From a virus, in IMG/VR virus record IMGVR_UViG_3300035210_000132, positions 92,596 through 156,595 of that record: 64,000 bases of DNA; one strand, 5' to 3'. The notes below the pieces were generated by a model, which saw only the letters and a program-made list of their open reading frames with translations, made no database searches and was not told where the DNA came from. How positions within the stretch are numbered: position 1 is the stretch's first letter; the number at the start of each line of letters is the position of its first letter. The position numbers were made by a program, and so were the translations under genes. This document shows positions 34,468 to 43,001 of the stretch, piece by piece.

Positions 34468-34725
34468 TTAGTGAGGAGTGCCTCCGTAGACCCTCCCTCC
34501 AGGGTTCACTTCCTTCTGATGCTGTTCATCCTTCAGACGCTTGTCGAGCTCCTCAGGTGTCTCGTTGTCCGAACTGTTGTTGCTTTTTGCATCGAGGTCA
34601 GGACCGGTAACGGGAGATGCCACTGTCTTTGGGACCTCGAGGTTCTCCTGCGAAGACGCTTCCTTGTGAGCAGGGGGAGCATGGGAAGCATGGGTCTTGT
34701 GGTCGTCGTGCTTGAAGATTGACAT
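34468..34725 (-). CDS. small hydrophilic His/Asp-rich protein, third member of the minus-strand family
   Basis: RBS 'aggagg'. 'TPEELDKRLKDEQHQKEVNPGGRV' resembles 28834-29004. Confidence 0.45.
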   Translation of the reverse strand: MSIFKHDDHKTHASHAPPAHKEASSQENLEVPKTVASPVTGPDLDAKSNNSSDNETPEELDKRLKDEQHQKEVNPGGRVYGGTPH

Positions 34726-34773
34726 GTGGTCGTACCTCCTGCTGTAAGATGAAGCAGGTTTCAGGCCACATCC

Positions 34774-34856
34774 GCGAGAGTGGAGGAATGGCAGTCTCAC
34801 TGGCTTCAGAAGCCAGCGTCCAAAAGGGCATGCGGGTTCGACTCCCGCCTCTCGCA
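34774..34856 (+). tRNA. tRNA-Leu(CAG), type II
   Basis: Acceptor gcgagag/ctctcgc, anticodon loop ttCAGaa, long variable arm, T gcggg-TTCGACT-cccgc. Confidence 0.9.
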
Positions 34857-34870
34857 CCTTGGAGGTCAAG

Positions 34871-35098
34871 ATGACAACGACTGGGAATCACACGGCCCCG
34901 AAAGGTCAGATCTATGTCTGCAGCGCTTGTGGCAAACGTTCTCGGGATCGTTACGGGACTGAAAGGCTTGATCGGTTGTGGGACGCCTCTTGTATGATGT
35001 ACGCGGTGCTTTGTTACGACGACAATCCCCAGAATGAGATGGGCAAGTGGAGAGTAGTTCCCAAAGAGACAGAGGATGCCGGAGTGGCGAAAGGGTAG
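34871..35098 (+). CDS. hypothetical CxxC protein
   Basis: RBS 'ggagg'. ATG at 34871 (the ORF track starts at TTG 34859). Confidence 0.4.
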   Translation: MTTTGNHTAPKGQIYVCSACGKRSRDRYGTERLDRLWDASCMMYAVLCYDDNPQNEMGKWRVVPKETEDAGVAKG

Positions 35099-35160
35099 AA
35101 CGCACCTGACTTAAAATCAGGCGAGCCTAGCTCATGGGGGTTCGAGTCCCCCCTTCGGCA
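35078..35160 (+). tRNA. tRNA-Leu(TAA), type II
   Basis: Acceptor gccggag/cttcggc, anticodon loop ctTAAaa, long variable arm, T ggggg-TTCGAGT-ccccc. Confidence 0.9.
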
Positions 35161-35175
35161 CGGTAGAGGTGCACT

Positions 35176-35364
35176 GTGAGACTAGCTTACTGGCTCGGAA
35201 GACTGAACACACTTCTTTGTAGAATCTTCGGACACAAGAAACCCTACAAGCGAACCATTCGAGCTACCTTCTGTTCTCGATGTCAGACCGTTATCAAATT
35301 ACACGACCCCTACTACCGCCTCACAATCCTCAAGGAAAGGAGGGGCAAGATTCGACGCAGATGA
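35176..35364 (+). CDS. hypothetical small basic protein (GTG start)
   Basis: RBS 'agagg'. 'FGHKKPYKRTIRATFCSRCQ'. Confidence 0.35.
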   Translation: MRLAYWLGRLNTLLCRIFGHKKPYKRTIRATFCSRCQTVIKLHDPYYRLTILKERRGKIRRR

Positions 35365-35365
35365 T

Positions 35366-35449
35366 GCCGGAGTGGTGAAACGGTAGCCACAGCAGATTCA
35401 AAATCTGCCGCCTCGCAAGGGCGTGGGGGTTCGACTCCCCCCTTCGGCA
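35366..35449 (+). tRNA. tRNA-Leu(CAA), type II
   Basis: Same acceptor as Leu(TAA), gccggag/cttcggc. Anticodon loop ttCAAaa, T ggggg-TTCGACT-ccccc. Confidence 0.9.
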
Positions 35450-35489
35450 CTGGAGTAGACCATGATCGAAAATAAGAAAGGAGACCGTT

Positions 35490-36032
35490 GTGGAGACCCT
35501 AGTTCTTGATCCAGGGTACCAACCCGTTGCGCGAGTGCACTGGCAGCGCGCCATCACCCTGCTCTTCATGGGTAAGGTGGAGATTGTCTCCGAGTACGAG
35601 GACAAGGAAATCCACTCGGTAACTTTCTCGATAAAGATGCCTTCTGTCGTCAGGTTCCTGAAGGCCATCCGCTCCAAGAAGAAGGCCGTCAAGTTCTCTC
35701 GCGAGAACGTCTACATGCGGGACAGTGGCAAGTGCCAGTACTGTGGTACACGGATGTCACGCGCTGAAGTAACCTACGATCACGTCGTTCCTCGCGCCCA
35801 GGGAGGAAAGACGGACTGGGACAACATCGTCAGTGCCTGCGTATCCTGCAACCAGAAGAAGGGTGGCCGGACTCCAGAGCAGGCCAAGATGCACCTTCGC
35901 AGCAAGCCGGTGCGGCCCAAGAAGCTGCCCGAGATGACCGTAACCATCATGTGGCGGAAGGGCGACCCCGACGCCTGGAAGACTTGGCTACGGGACTTCC
36001 AGTACTGGAATGGTGCGCTAGAGGAGGGCTGA
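35490..36032 (+). CDS. HNH endonuclease (McrA-like)
   Basis: 'CQYCGTRMSRAEVTYDHVVPRAQGGKTDWDNIVSACVSCNQKK'. Confidence 0.75.
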   Translation: METLVLDPGYQPVARVHWQRAITLLFMGKVEIVSEYEDKEIHSVTFSIKMPSVVRFLKAIRSKKKAVKFSRENVYMRDSGKCQYCGTRMSRAEVTYDHVVPRAQGGKTDWDNIVSACVSCNQKKGGRTPEQAKMHLRSKPVRPKKLPEMTVTIMWRKGDPDAWKTWLRDFQYWNGALEEG

Positions 36033-36190
36033 TGGTCCCGTACCCAGACGACTTTCCACCGCCCGCAGCGACCGTCTTCTACTGTCGTTGCGGTCGTAAG
36101 CTGGGAGCGCAGGATCCTGGCTACCGGTGCTCGACCTGCAAGTGGCTGGGCCTAGCGCTCCAACAGTTGGGCGTGGAAACGGCTTGGTAA
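36032..36190 (+). CDS. small Cys-rich protein (ATGA overlap with the HNH gene)
   Basis: 'CRCGRKLGAQDPGYRCSTCKW'. Confidence 0.35.
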   Translation: MVPYPDDFPPPAATVFYCRCGRKLGAQDPGYRCSTCKWLGLALQQLGVETAW

Positions 36191-36197
36191 GGAGGAG

Positions 36198-36467
36198 TTG
36201 ATGCTGGTACCCGCACACTTGGTCCCCAAGATCATGGAGAAGGTAAGGAACCACCGTTCGGGAGTGCACGCAAAGCGCCTGCGCGCGATCATCGAGGCAG
36301 CGAAGATCAGGTCGCAGGCAGAGGAACCAGGCATTCTGCTGCCCCTCACGGTGCCGAACGATGGCTTTCCAGTACTCGGGTTCTTGAACGAGATCGTCTG
36401 CGCCCTGGAGGACCACGCGATCATGGACGTCCTGGATAAGGCCCTCACCCTTGAGCTGGATACGTAA
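36198..36467 (+). CDS. hypothetical protein
   Basis: ORF with RBS 'aaggagg'. Confidence 0.4.
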   Translation: MMLVPAHLVPKIMEKVRNHRSGVHAKRLRAIIEAAKIRSQAEEPGILLPLTVPNDGFPVLGFLNEIVCALEDHAIMDVLDKALTLELDT

Positions 36468-36476
36468 GCATGCCTC

Positions 36477-36674
36477 GTGAACATCAAGGAATACCTTAGG
36501 ATGAAGAAGCGCAAGCCTCAGAAGGGTGTCTGCGGCCACTGCGGGAGAGCAGTTCCCTTCGATGAGAGGCACCAGTATGCTCCTGATGGCCAGCTCATGA
36601 AGGTCCGGTGCGATGAGCATCGAGAGAAATGGGGTTGGAACCTCGAGCAGAAAGAGAGCCCAGGAAACCCATGA
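36477..36674 (+). CDS. hypothetical zinc-ribbon protein
   Basis: 'CGHCGRAVPFDERHQYAPDGQLMKVRCDEH'. Confidence 0.35.
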   Translation: MNIKEYLRMKKRKPQKGVCGHCGRAVPFDERHQYAPDGQLMKVRCDEHREKWGWNLEQKESPGNP

Positions 36675-37090
36675 CACCTGAACAGAAACTTGAGTACTAC
36701 GGCATCTCCCCGCAGGAGCTCAAGGAGCTCAAGGAGATCGAGCTCGATCACAGTGCCTCGCGTCCCATGGGGATAACCTTCGATCTCCCTGATGGGGTAA
36801 CCTTCGATCTTCGTGAGACGTTCGTGTTGCCACAGACCCCAGAAGAAGAGGCTGCTGATCCAGAAACGCCTCCGGTAAAGATGGTGAAGTCCGAGGCGCC
36901 TGCTATCAACTCCGCAGCCATGGAGAAGTTCACCCGCCTGTGGACAGAGAGCGCTTTCAAGGATGACGACTGTCCGCAGTTCAAGAAAGAGGCCATCGAG
37001 CTCTGTCCGTACCCCATGCCAGACTTCTCTGACGAAACCTGGGGAGAGTCTCCGATCTGGGATGAAGAGGTGCATCTCTTGGAAGGTTAG
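36671..37090 (+). CDS. hypothetical acidic protein
   Basis: ATGA overlap with the previous gene. Confidence 0.4.
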   Translation: MTPEQKLEYYGISPQELKELKEIELDHSASRPMGITFDLPDGVTFDLRETFVLPQTPEEEAADPETPPVKMVKSEAPAINSAAMEKFTRLWTESAFKDDDCPQFKKEAIELCPYPMPDFSDETWGESPIWDEEVHLLEG

Positions 37091-37181
37091 TAAGTTTGGG
37101 CTTGCTCAGGCTGTGGTACGTAGGGAGATCCTGCGTCGCGTTTGATTAGTTGCGTCATGAATCACCTGAGCAAGTTCATCT

Positions 37182-37268
37182 GGAAGATAGCGCCAGTGGT
37201 GGCGAAGCGGCTTTGAACACCGTGCTGCCGGTAAAACGGTAGAGGTTCGACTCCTCTGTCTTCCGCCA
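37182..37268 (+). tRNA. tRNA-Ser(TGA), type II, with encoded CCA overlapping the next ATG
   Basis: Acceptor ggaagat/gtcttcc, D cgcc/ggcg, anticodon loop ttTGAac, long variable arm, T agagg-TTCGACT-cctct, then 'g cca|tg'. Confidence 0.8.
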
Positions 37269-37456
37269 TGGACACCCGATGTCACGACGGTCCGGAACAT
37301 GAGCCCCCGGAAGACCATGGCTGCTACGGATGGCTCTGTCACAAGTGCTGGGTTGCGGTTCAGAAACTGCTTCGCAAGAGGTCGCTATCTACTGATACCA
37401 TCTCGACTCTTCAGTCAGTCATCAAGAAGGGTGACTTCGAGATCGCGTTCCGGTGA
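37268..37456 (+). CDS. hypothetical Cys/His protein. Its ATG overlaps the CCA of tRNA-Ser(TGA).
   Basis: 'MDTRCHDGPEHEPPEDHGCYGWLCHKCW'. Confidence 0.4.
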   Translation: MDTRCHDGPEHEPPEDHGCYGWLCHKCWVAVQKLLRKRSLSTDTISTLQSVIKKGDFEIAFR

Positions 37457-37471
37457 GAAAGGAAGCACGCT

Positions 37472-37717
37472 ATGAAAGCTCTGGCCCTCTTACTGGCGTC
37501 GGCTCTCGCAGCCTGTACCTCGGAAACTGAGTACGGGAGCTGCATTGGGGCCTTCGATGACCCCAACCCGGACCTGATCTACGAGGCGAGCACCAAGAAC
37601 ATCGTTCTGGCTGCCATCTTCGTAGAGATGATCTTTCCTCCCTTCCTTGTCATCCTCAAGGAGACGAAATGCCCAGTAGACGTCAAGCCTGCTTCCATGA
37701 GGAAGAAGACCTCATGA
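37472..37717 (+). CDS. putative lipoprotein
   Basis: Signal peptide + lipobox 'LLLASALAAC'. RBS 'aggaag'. Confidence 0.5.
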   Translation: MKALALLLASALAACTSETEYGSCIGAFDDPNPDLIYEASTKNIVLAAIFVEMIFPPFLVILKETKCPVDVKPASMRKKTS

Positions 37718-37952
37718 CAGCCGTGCCCCGGGAGGGGGCGGCCTCATGGAGGTCACATGTGGAACGGAAGGAAAAGGCAGAGCAGGCACCGTTGTAGCAA
37801 GAAGACTAAGGGAAAGCCTCACTGCGGTAACGGAGTCTGTTACGGATTCAGGGAAGCAGTGAGGGAACGGTACGAAGGTAGGAAGCTAGTGCATCTCTGG
37901 AAGCAGGAGAAGGATCCAGAGGCCTCTGATTTGTAAGCAAGTTCGATCTGGG

Positions 37953-38050
37953 GTTGGGTATGGACGGTTCCATCTGGCGATATCCAGAAAACCCGGTTCG
38001 ATTCCGGGGAGCACTTGGTAGTGTGTTCGGTTCGACTCCGAAACTCAACC
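37953..38050 (+). ncRNA. 98-nt tRNA-like element with a tRNA-type acceptor/D/T framework, a 6-nt 'anticodon' loop, and an extra internal T-arm-like hairpin (cccgg-TTCGATT-ccggg) in the variable region
   Basis: Acceptor gttgggt/actcaac, D atgg/ccat, T ttcgg-TTCGACT-ccgaa. Does not fit a standard cloverleaf. Confidence 0.35.
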
Positions 38051-38055
38051 CCTCT

Positions 38056-38139
38056 GGAGAGTGAATTGGCTGTGGAGCCAGACCCGCTTGGAAGGCGGTG
38101 GGAGCTGCAAGGCTTAGTGTTCGACTCACTCGCTCTCCG
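38056..38139 (+). tRNA. tRNA-Ser(GGA), type II
   Basis: Acceptor ggagagt/gctctcc, D tggc/gcca, anticodon loop ttGGAag, long variable arm, T tagtg-TTCGACT-cactc. Confidence 0.75.
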
Positions 38140-38153
38140 CTTAGGAGTAAGCT

Positions 38154-38354
38154 ATGCCTACCCTGACCCTAGAAGAGATCATGAAGATAGATAAGTGCCG
38201 TATGATCATAACCATCAACCCGGATAAGAAGTGTACCAACGTAGCTGCGTACCGACACAAAAAGTACGAAAACCACGTTATCTGCCGGGAGTGCTACCAG
38301 CAGCTAGAGGAGGGTATAGAAGACCACTTCGAGCCTATTCCTCCTGTTAAGTAG
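38154..38354 (+). CDS. hypothetical small protein
   Basis: RBS 'taggag'. Confidence 0.4.
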   Translation: MPTLTLEEIMKIDKCRMIITINPDKKCTNVAAYRHKKYENHVICRECYQQLEEGIEDHFEPIPPVK

Positions 38355-38361
38355 TTGCCTA

Positions 38362-38445
38362 GGAAGATAAAGTCGCCATGGGGCGGCCGCTGCTTCGAAA
38401 GCAGATGGGGCTGAGAGGCCTGGGGTTCGAACCCTCTGTCTTCCG
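38362..38445 (+). tRNA. tRNA-Ser(CGA), type II, with an irregular D-arm and T-stem. Its acceptor is identical to Ser(TGA).
   Basis: Acceptor ggaagat/gtcttcc, anticodon stem ctgc/gcag, anticodon loop ttCGAaa, T tgggg-TTCGAAC-cctct. Confidence 0.6.
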
Positions 38446-38450
38446 CTTCT

Positions 38451-38534
38451 GGAGAGTGATGTAGCTGTGGAGCTACCGCCGCCTGCTAAGCGGATGGACC
38501 GTCACGGGTTACAGTTCGACTCTGTCTCTCTCCG
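38451..38534 (+). tRNA. tRNA-Ser(GCT), type II. Its acceptor is shared with Ser(GGA).
   Basis: Acceptor ggagagt/tctctcc (1 mismatch), anticodon loop ctGCTaa, long variable arm, T-loop TTCGACT. Confidence 0.65.
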
Positions 38535-38536
38535 CT

Positions 38537-38950
38537 ATGAAAATCCTCATCCTTGATGACATGGAGAATCGCCATGCGATCTTTCGCGCCCAACTCAAAG
38601 ACCATGACCTCTGGCATGCCTACAATGGGGAGCTGGCCCAGAAGCTCATCGAAGAGCACACCTTCGACTTGATGTTCCTGGATCATGACCTTTCCGAGGA
38701 GCACTACCCCGGTGCGCCTCCTCCTCCAAGGGGGCGCAAGCGGGCGATGGATGGTCGTGATGTCGCCCAGCTGGTGGCCGCGCTCCCCAAAGAGCGCCAA
38801 CCCAAGCAGGTGGTCGTGCACTCCTGGAACTCCGTAGCGGCTCCCCAGATGCTGAAGATCCTGCAAGAGGGTGGAGTAAGAGCGGTGCGGAGGATGGCGG
38901 GCTGGTACGACGAGAACTACCTGCTCTCGCTGACCAACTTCTCTAGCTAA
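38537..38950 (+). CDS. Stand-alone response-regulator receiver (CheY-like REC) domain protein
   Basis: 'MKILILDD' beta1 with acidic pocket, 'DLMFLDHDL' (phospho-acceptor Asp region), 'VVVHSWNS' (conserved S/T position) and a Lys region. Confidence 0.6.
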   Translation: MKILILDDMENRHAIFRAQLKDHDLWHAYNGELAQKLIEEHTFDLMFLDHDLSEEHYPGAPPPPRGRKRAMDGRDVAQLVAALPKERQPKQVVVHSWNSVAAPQMLKILQEGGVRAVRRMAGWYDENYLLSLTNFSS

Positions 38951-39001
38951 CGAGGTACGTGATGGCCAACCTGACAGATCTCGAGCTAAGGGAGGCACGC
39001 C

Positions 39002-39550
39002 GTGAGCGGTGAGTGCAAAGGCTGCGGTGGGTGCGGCGAGTGCTACTGCGACCCAGTGACCGCCGACATCGCCACCCTAGGCCGTGTCGTGAGCGCAATG
39101 CTACCGACGGACGCGGCCGATGAGAGGCTGATCGACGATCTCTTCGCGAGGCGACCCAGCGTACGGGTGTCCGTGAATGCCAAAATCGCCGCCGCTCGCG
39201 CTGAGGAGCGGGAGGCGTGCGCAGCGTTCTTAATCGCCAAGCTCGATGAATGGCACGCGACCGACCACGTGAGGTCGTTCGTGCTGGATCTTGCCGCCGC
39301 CATTCGCGCGAAGGGAGGCGACGATGAGTACAACCCTGAGGCCGTCGCAGCGGTGCGTGTGACTTACGCCGATGACATCGCCTCCGCTCGCACCGAGGGC
39401 CGTCGGGCTGGGCTGGAGGAGGCAGCGAAGATCCTCGAAGAAGAGATCGAGATCAAGAAGGACAGCAACGTTACACCTAGGCATGCTCTGCAGGACGCGC
39501 TGAACGAGATCCAGGAATTGCTCCACGCTGCCGAGAAGGAGCCGACGTGA
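39002..39550 (+). CDS. hypothetical Ala-rich protein with N-terminal Cys cluster
   Basis: 'CKGCGGCGECYC'. Confidence 0.4.
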   Translation: MSGECKGCGGCGECYCDPVTADIATLGRVVSAMLPTDAADERLIDDLFARRPSVRVSVNAKIAAARAEEREACAAFLIAKLDEWHATDHVRSFVLDLAAAIRAKGGDDEYNPEAVAAVRVTYADDIASARTEGRRAGLEEAAKILEEEIEIKKDSNVTPRHALQDALNEIQELLHAAEKEPT

Positions 39551-39812
39551 GTTTCGAAACGAGGGTCTGGGGGCTGATCTTACTTGTAGTAGTGATGGTT
39601 GTCCTTTGCTATCTGGCTCTTACGGAGAAGAAATGAGCACCGGCTCGTAACTCGTCAAGACGGCTTTCAACTTTATAGCCTGGGTCGCGCTATTCCCGAT
39701 CGATGACAAAGATGATCGCTTGATCGAGGCCATGTTTGCTCGGCGCGCAACACGGGCAGAAAGACCTCGAATCACGCGTCGACGTGGCTGATGGTGGCTA
39801 CGCTTTACCATT

Positions 39813-39886
39813 GCTCCTGTAGCTCAGTTGGATAGAGCATCGGCCTTCTAAGCCGGTTGTCGCAGGTCCGAGTCCTGCCAGGGGCG
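39813..39886 (+). tRNA. tRNA-Arg(TCT)
   Basis: Acceptor gctcctg/caggggc, D gctc-agttggatag-agc, anticodon loop ctTCTaa, T gcagg-TCCGAGT-cctgc. Confidence 0.85.
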
Positions 39887-39988
39887 CCCTCTCTTCACGA
39901 AGTTCCTATTCAGCCCTTCCTGCATTTTTCTCAACGCAAACAGGTATAAGAAACCTGTAGGCACAGCCTTGTCCTACAAAGGAGCTAC

Positions 39989-40237
39989 ATGGAAACTGAG
40001 ACCTTTACCAAGGGTGAGATGGCTATTATGGGTCGCTTCGGCGACATCAAGACCATCTGGGACAGCCGCAACCCAGATGAGGTTGCGAACGCCAGGGAGC
40101 AGTTCGACAAGCTCAAGGCCAAGAAGTTCGTCCCCTTCTCCGTCTCGAAGGACGGGTCGAAAGGGGAGCAGATCGTCGGGGACTTCGACCCGAAGATCGA
40201 GCGCATCATCTTTGTCCCGCCCATGGCTGGGGGCTAG
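39989..40237 (+). CDS. hypothetical protein
   Basis: RBS 'aaggag'. Confidence 0.45.
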   Translation: METETFTKGEMAIMGRFGDIKTIWDSRNPDEVANAREQFDKLKAKKFVPFSVSKDGSKGEQIVGDFDPKIERIIFVPPMAGG

Positions 40238-40240
40238 GAC

Positions 40241-40906
40241 ATGACGGTCTACTGCAACGTGACGACCAACGGATCGGACCTCTACCGGCACTGGGTCACC
40301 AGCAGCACGAGCACCGTACTTCTACGTGACCTGCAGTGGGATACCTGGTGCCGGCTGAGCCAGGCGACTACGACGACCAACTCCATGACCTGGAATGCCT
40401 GGGTTCACGACGACCGGTACCGCGCAGCACTCCATCAGCTGGCTCACATGTGCGATCAGGCCAACCAGCAGGCCTGGCAACAGCAGGTGGCCCAGCAGAA
40501 GGAGACGCCTGCCGAGAAGAAGGAGCGTCTGGAGAAGGAAGAACAGCGCCGGAAGTGGCAGGACTTCTGGATCTGCCTGGCGAACGTCTTTGCCAGAGCC
40601 TTCGAGGACGAGGCCAAGAAGAAGGCCCACAAGCTCTTGATCGAGTGCCTCACGCCCGAGCAGAAGGCCACCTACGAGAAGGACCGCTACTTCACGGTCG
40701 AAGCCGCCGGTCGGGTCTTCAGGATCGAGCACGGAACCCACGGCAACGTGAAGGAGCTCGGGAAGGACGGCCGTCCAGCCTTCAGCTGGTGCATCCAGCC
40801 AGGAGGAGTGCCCACGGAAGACGCCATGCTGGCGCAGAAGCTCTGGCTGGAGGCCAACCCCGAGGAGTTCATGCGTGTTGGTAACAAGACCCCGTTCTAC
40901 CGATAG
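40241..40906 (+). CDS. hypothetical protein
   Basis: ORF. Alternate-frame ORFs in this region were rejected as GC artefacts. Confidence 0.45.
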   Translation: MTVYCNVTTNGSDLYRHWVTSSTSTVLLRDLQWDTWCRLSQATTTTNSMTWNAWVHDDRYRAALHQLAHMCDQANQQAWQQQVAQQKETPAEKKERLEKEEQRRKWQDFWICLANVFARAFEDEAKKKAHKLLIECLTPEQKATYEKDRYFTVEAAGRVFRIEHGTHGNVKELGKDGRPAFSWCIQPGGVPTEDAMLAQKLWLEANPEEFMRVGNKTPFYR

Positions 40907-40913
40907 GAGATCC

Positions 40914-41582
40914 ATGCAACTGGTCAGATGGCAAGCCCCGGGTATCGACGCACCCATGATGGAGGGAGCCGATGGCGCCCTCTACACCACCAACGCGATC
41001 GTCTGTGCGATCTTCGGATGGGAGGCGAGCGTTCCTCTGCAGTTATATCGCCGGCACAAGGAGCAGTTCGATAGCCGTAGCATGACAGTCATACATGCTA
41101 AGGAGTTCGATCCCCTTAGCGTTAGCGTGAGTGACACTAACGCTAAGGAGGTCGATCCCCTTAGCCGGAATGATTCTGACGCTAAGGAGTTCCTGGCCCA
41201 GAACAAGGCCATCTTCGGGATCAAGAGGCTGCGGAAGGACATGCATCTCTGGACCGAGGACGACATTCTCACGTTCGCCTTCCTGGCCCAGTCCCAACGT
41301 GGTCTGGAGGTCAAGCGAGAGCTGAAGAAGTTCCTGAAGGAGCAGGCACTCAAGAACTACGTCCCACGCCAAGACTGGGATCAGCTCCTAGCCAGCTACG
41401 CAGCCCTCTACGCCCAGAACCAGAGCTACGAAGCTGCCCTGCAAGCCCTCCAGGCCCAATTCCAGGAGCTCAGTGCTCGTCTCTCCGACCTCGAACAAGC
41501 CAAGCCTGCTCTCCAGGCAACCGCTTCGGCTGCTGGCACCGCCCTGGCAGCACAGCGCTTCACCAAGAACCTGCGCAACTAG
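40914..41582 (+). CDS. hypothetical protein with internal tandem repeats and a C-terminal coiled coil
   Basis: RBS 'taggag'. About 3 copies of a ~40-bp DNA repeat 'acgctaaggag(t/g)tcgatccccttagc' at 41095-41200 (peptide DAKE[FV]DPLS). Confidence 0.45.
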   Translation: MQLVRWQAPGIDAPMMEGADGALYTTNAIVCAIFGWEASVPLQLYRRHKEQFDSRSMTVIHAKEFDPLSVSVSDTNAKEVDPLSRNDSDAKEFLAQNKAIFGIKRLRKDMHLWTEDDILTFAFLAQSQRGLEVKRELKKFLKEQALKNYVPRQDWDQLLASYAALYAQNQSYEAALQALQAQFQELSARLSDLEQAKPALQATASAAGTALAAQRFTKNLRN

Positions 41583-41630
41583 AGACCCACGAGCTCAGAA
41601 GCAGGGCATACTCCTTAACAAGGAGGCCCC

Positions 41631-41804
41631 ATGAGTCTGAGCTATCTTCTCTGGGTCATCGTCGTGATCTTGTTTCTTGCTTGGGCTCTAGGACTAGGGG
41701 GAGTCTACCGCTTCCCGGGGGGCAGTCCTCAGCTCGTTCACATTCTGCTGGTTCTGGTCGTCCTGATCGTAGTCGTGAATCTTCTCCGTGGTAGATCCTT
41801 GTAA
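41631..41804 (+). CDS. small two-TM membrane protein (57 aa), holin-like
   Basis: RBS 'aaggagg'. Followed by an intrinsic terminator. Confidence 0.45.
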   Translation: MSLSYLLWVIVVILFLAWALGLGGVYRFPGGSPQLVHILLVLVVLIVVVNLLRGRSL

Positions 41805-41832
41805 CTCCCGCCTTGGGTCGTTCTGACCACTA

Positions 41833-41866
41833 AGATGCCGACACTCCTCGGCATCTTTATTTAAGA
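41833..41866 (+). terminator. Rho-independent terminator
   Basis: 'gatgccgacactcctcggcatc' hairpin + 'tttattt'. Confidence 0.7.
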
Positions 41867-42252
41867 CTGAACCGGTAAGCTCTGGTAAACTGGGCCCCGC
41901 CGTAAGAGAAGCGGGTACTCAGTAGGCTCGTGGCTGTGGGCTACACTGGACAGTCCGGTCAAGCACAGCCCGTTCACCAACAGGCCCATTCTTTTTAGGC
42001 ACTACCTGGATCTCTGACAAAGGCTAGTACGGACGGGCCACGGTTCACTCCCAGGGCGTGGGAGACCTACTTAGGCAGTATGCTAAGGTCAACAGCCGCA
42101 GAGCGGCGACGTCTAGGGCATTACTGCAAGCGTCCGTAGTTGGCCTGAAGCAGACGGCTCAGGTAAACACGGTCGCCTCATGTTAGAGCTCACGAAGCTC
42201 CTGAGAGGCAAGAGGGTGAGAGCTTGCCCGCAGGGTGTAGAAAGGTCCTTCC

Positions 42253-42480
42253 ATGATCAAAGAAGTCCATCGTATCTATGACCGATCCCTCTTCCGCGAC
42301 CCTTACGGTCGCCTCTACTTCGACAAGTGCGCCACCCCGCAAGAACACCTGTTGGCCCCTCTCCAGGAAGGGGAGGAACGGCGGAGCTGCCGGGTGTACC
42401 TGGAAGACCTCTTCACCAACTTCATCGGGCCCCAGCACGCCGTCTACATCACCATCGTCGCGGAGGAGCCTGGAAAATGA
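42253..42480 (+). CDS. hypothetical protein
   Basis: ORF. Confidence 0.4.
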   Translation: MIKEVHRIYDRSLFRDPYGRLYFDKCATPQEHLLAPLQEGEERRSCRVYLEDLFTNFIGPQHAVYITIVAEEPGK

Positions 42481-42932
42481 GTAGGGTTTCCTGGCATGAA
42501 TACTTCATGAATATTGCCACGCAAGTGGCAACTCGAGCCACTTGTTCGAGAAAGCACGTCGGGGCTGTCATCGTACGGAACAAGACCATCATCTCGACTG
42601 GGTATAACGGCTCTCCCCGAGGTCTTCCCCATTGCGATGACGTCGGCCATGAGCTGAAAGATCTAGGCGGAAGACAGTCTTGTGTGCGAACAGTGCACGC
42701 CGAAGCAAACGCTATTGCACAGGCAGCTAGGTATGGCTCGGGCACTGAGGGGGCCTCGATTTACACAACAGCTTCGCCCTGTTACGACTGTGCCAAGATC
42801 ATCATCAATGCTGGAATCGTAGCGATCTACTGCAAAGAGTTCTACAGCTCCCGCTATGGAATGAGTGATGAGATGGAACAGCTGGTAAAGCCGGCTGGGG
42901 TGGAGATGATCTTTTTGCAAGAAAAAGTCTAG
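42477..42932 (+). CDS. dCMP deaminase (cytidine/deoxycytidylate deaminase family, ComEB-like)
   Basis: 'HAEANAI' and 'PCYDCAKIII' zinc-binding motifs. ATGA start overlap. Confidence 0.8.
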   Translation: MSRVSWHEYFMNIATQVATRATCSRKHVGAVIVRNKTIISTGYNGSPRGLPHCDDVGHELKDLGGRQSCVRTVHAEANAIAQAARYGSGTEGASIYTTASPCYDCAKIIINAGIVAIYCKEFYSSRYGMSDEMEQLVKPAGVEMIFLQEKV

Positions 42933-43001
42933 CCATTGGTTAATTGCTCTTGACTGTCGATCCATCTGCATTCAGATTGAACTCCAGAAAAGGAGATACT
43001 G

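Noticed and set aside
37953-38050. tRNA-Sec
   Set aside because: It has no UCA anticodon. The acceptor and T-stem are 7/5 rather than 8/5, and the extra arm is a T-arm copy rather than a long variable stem.
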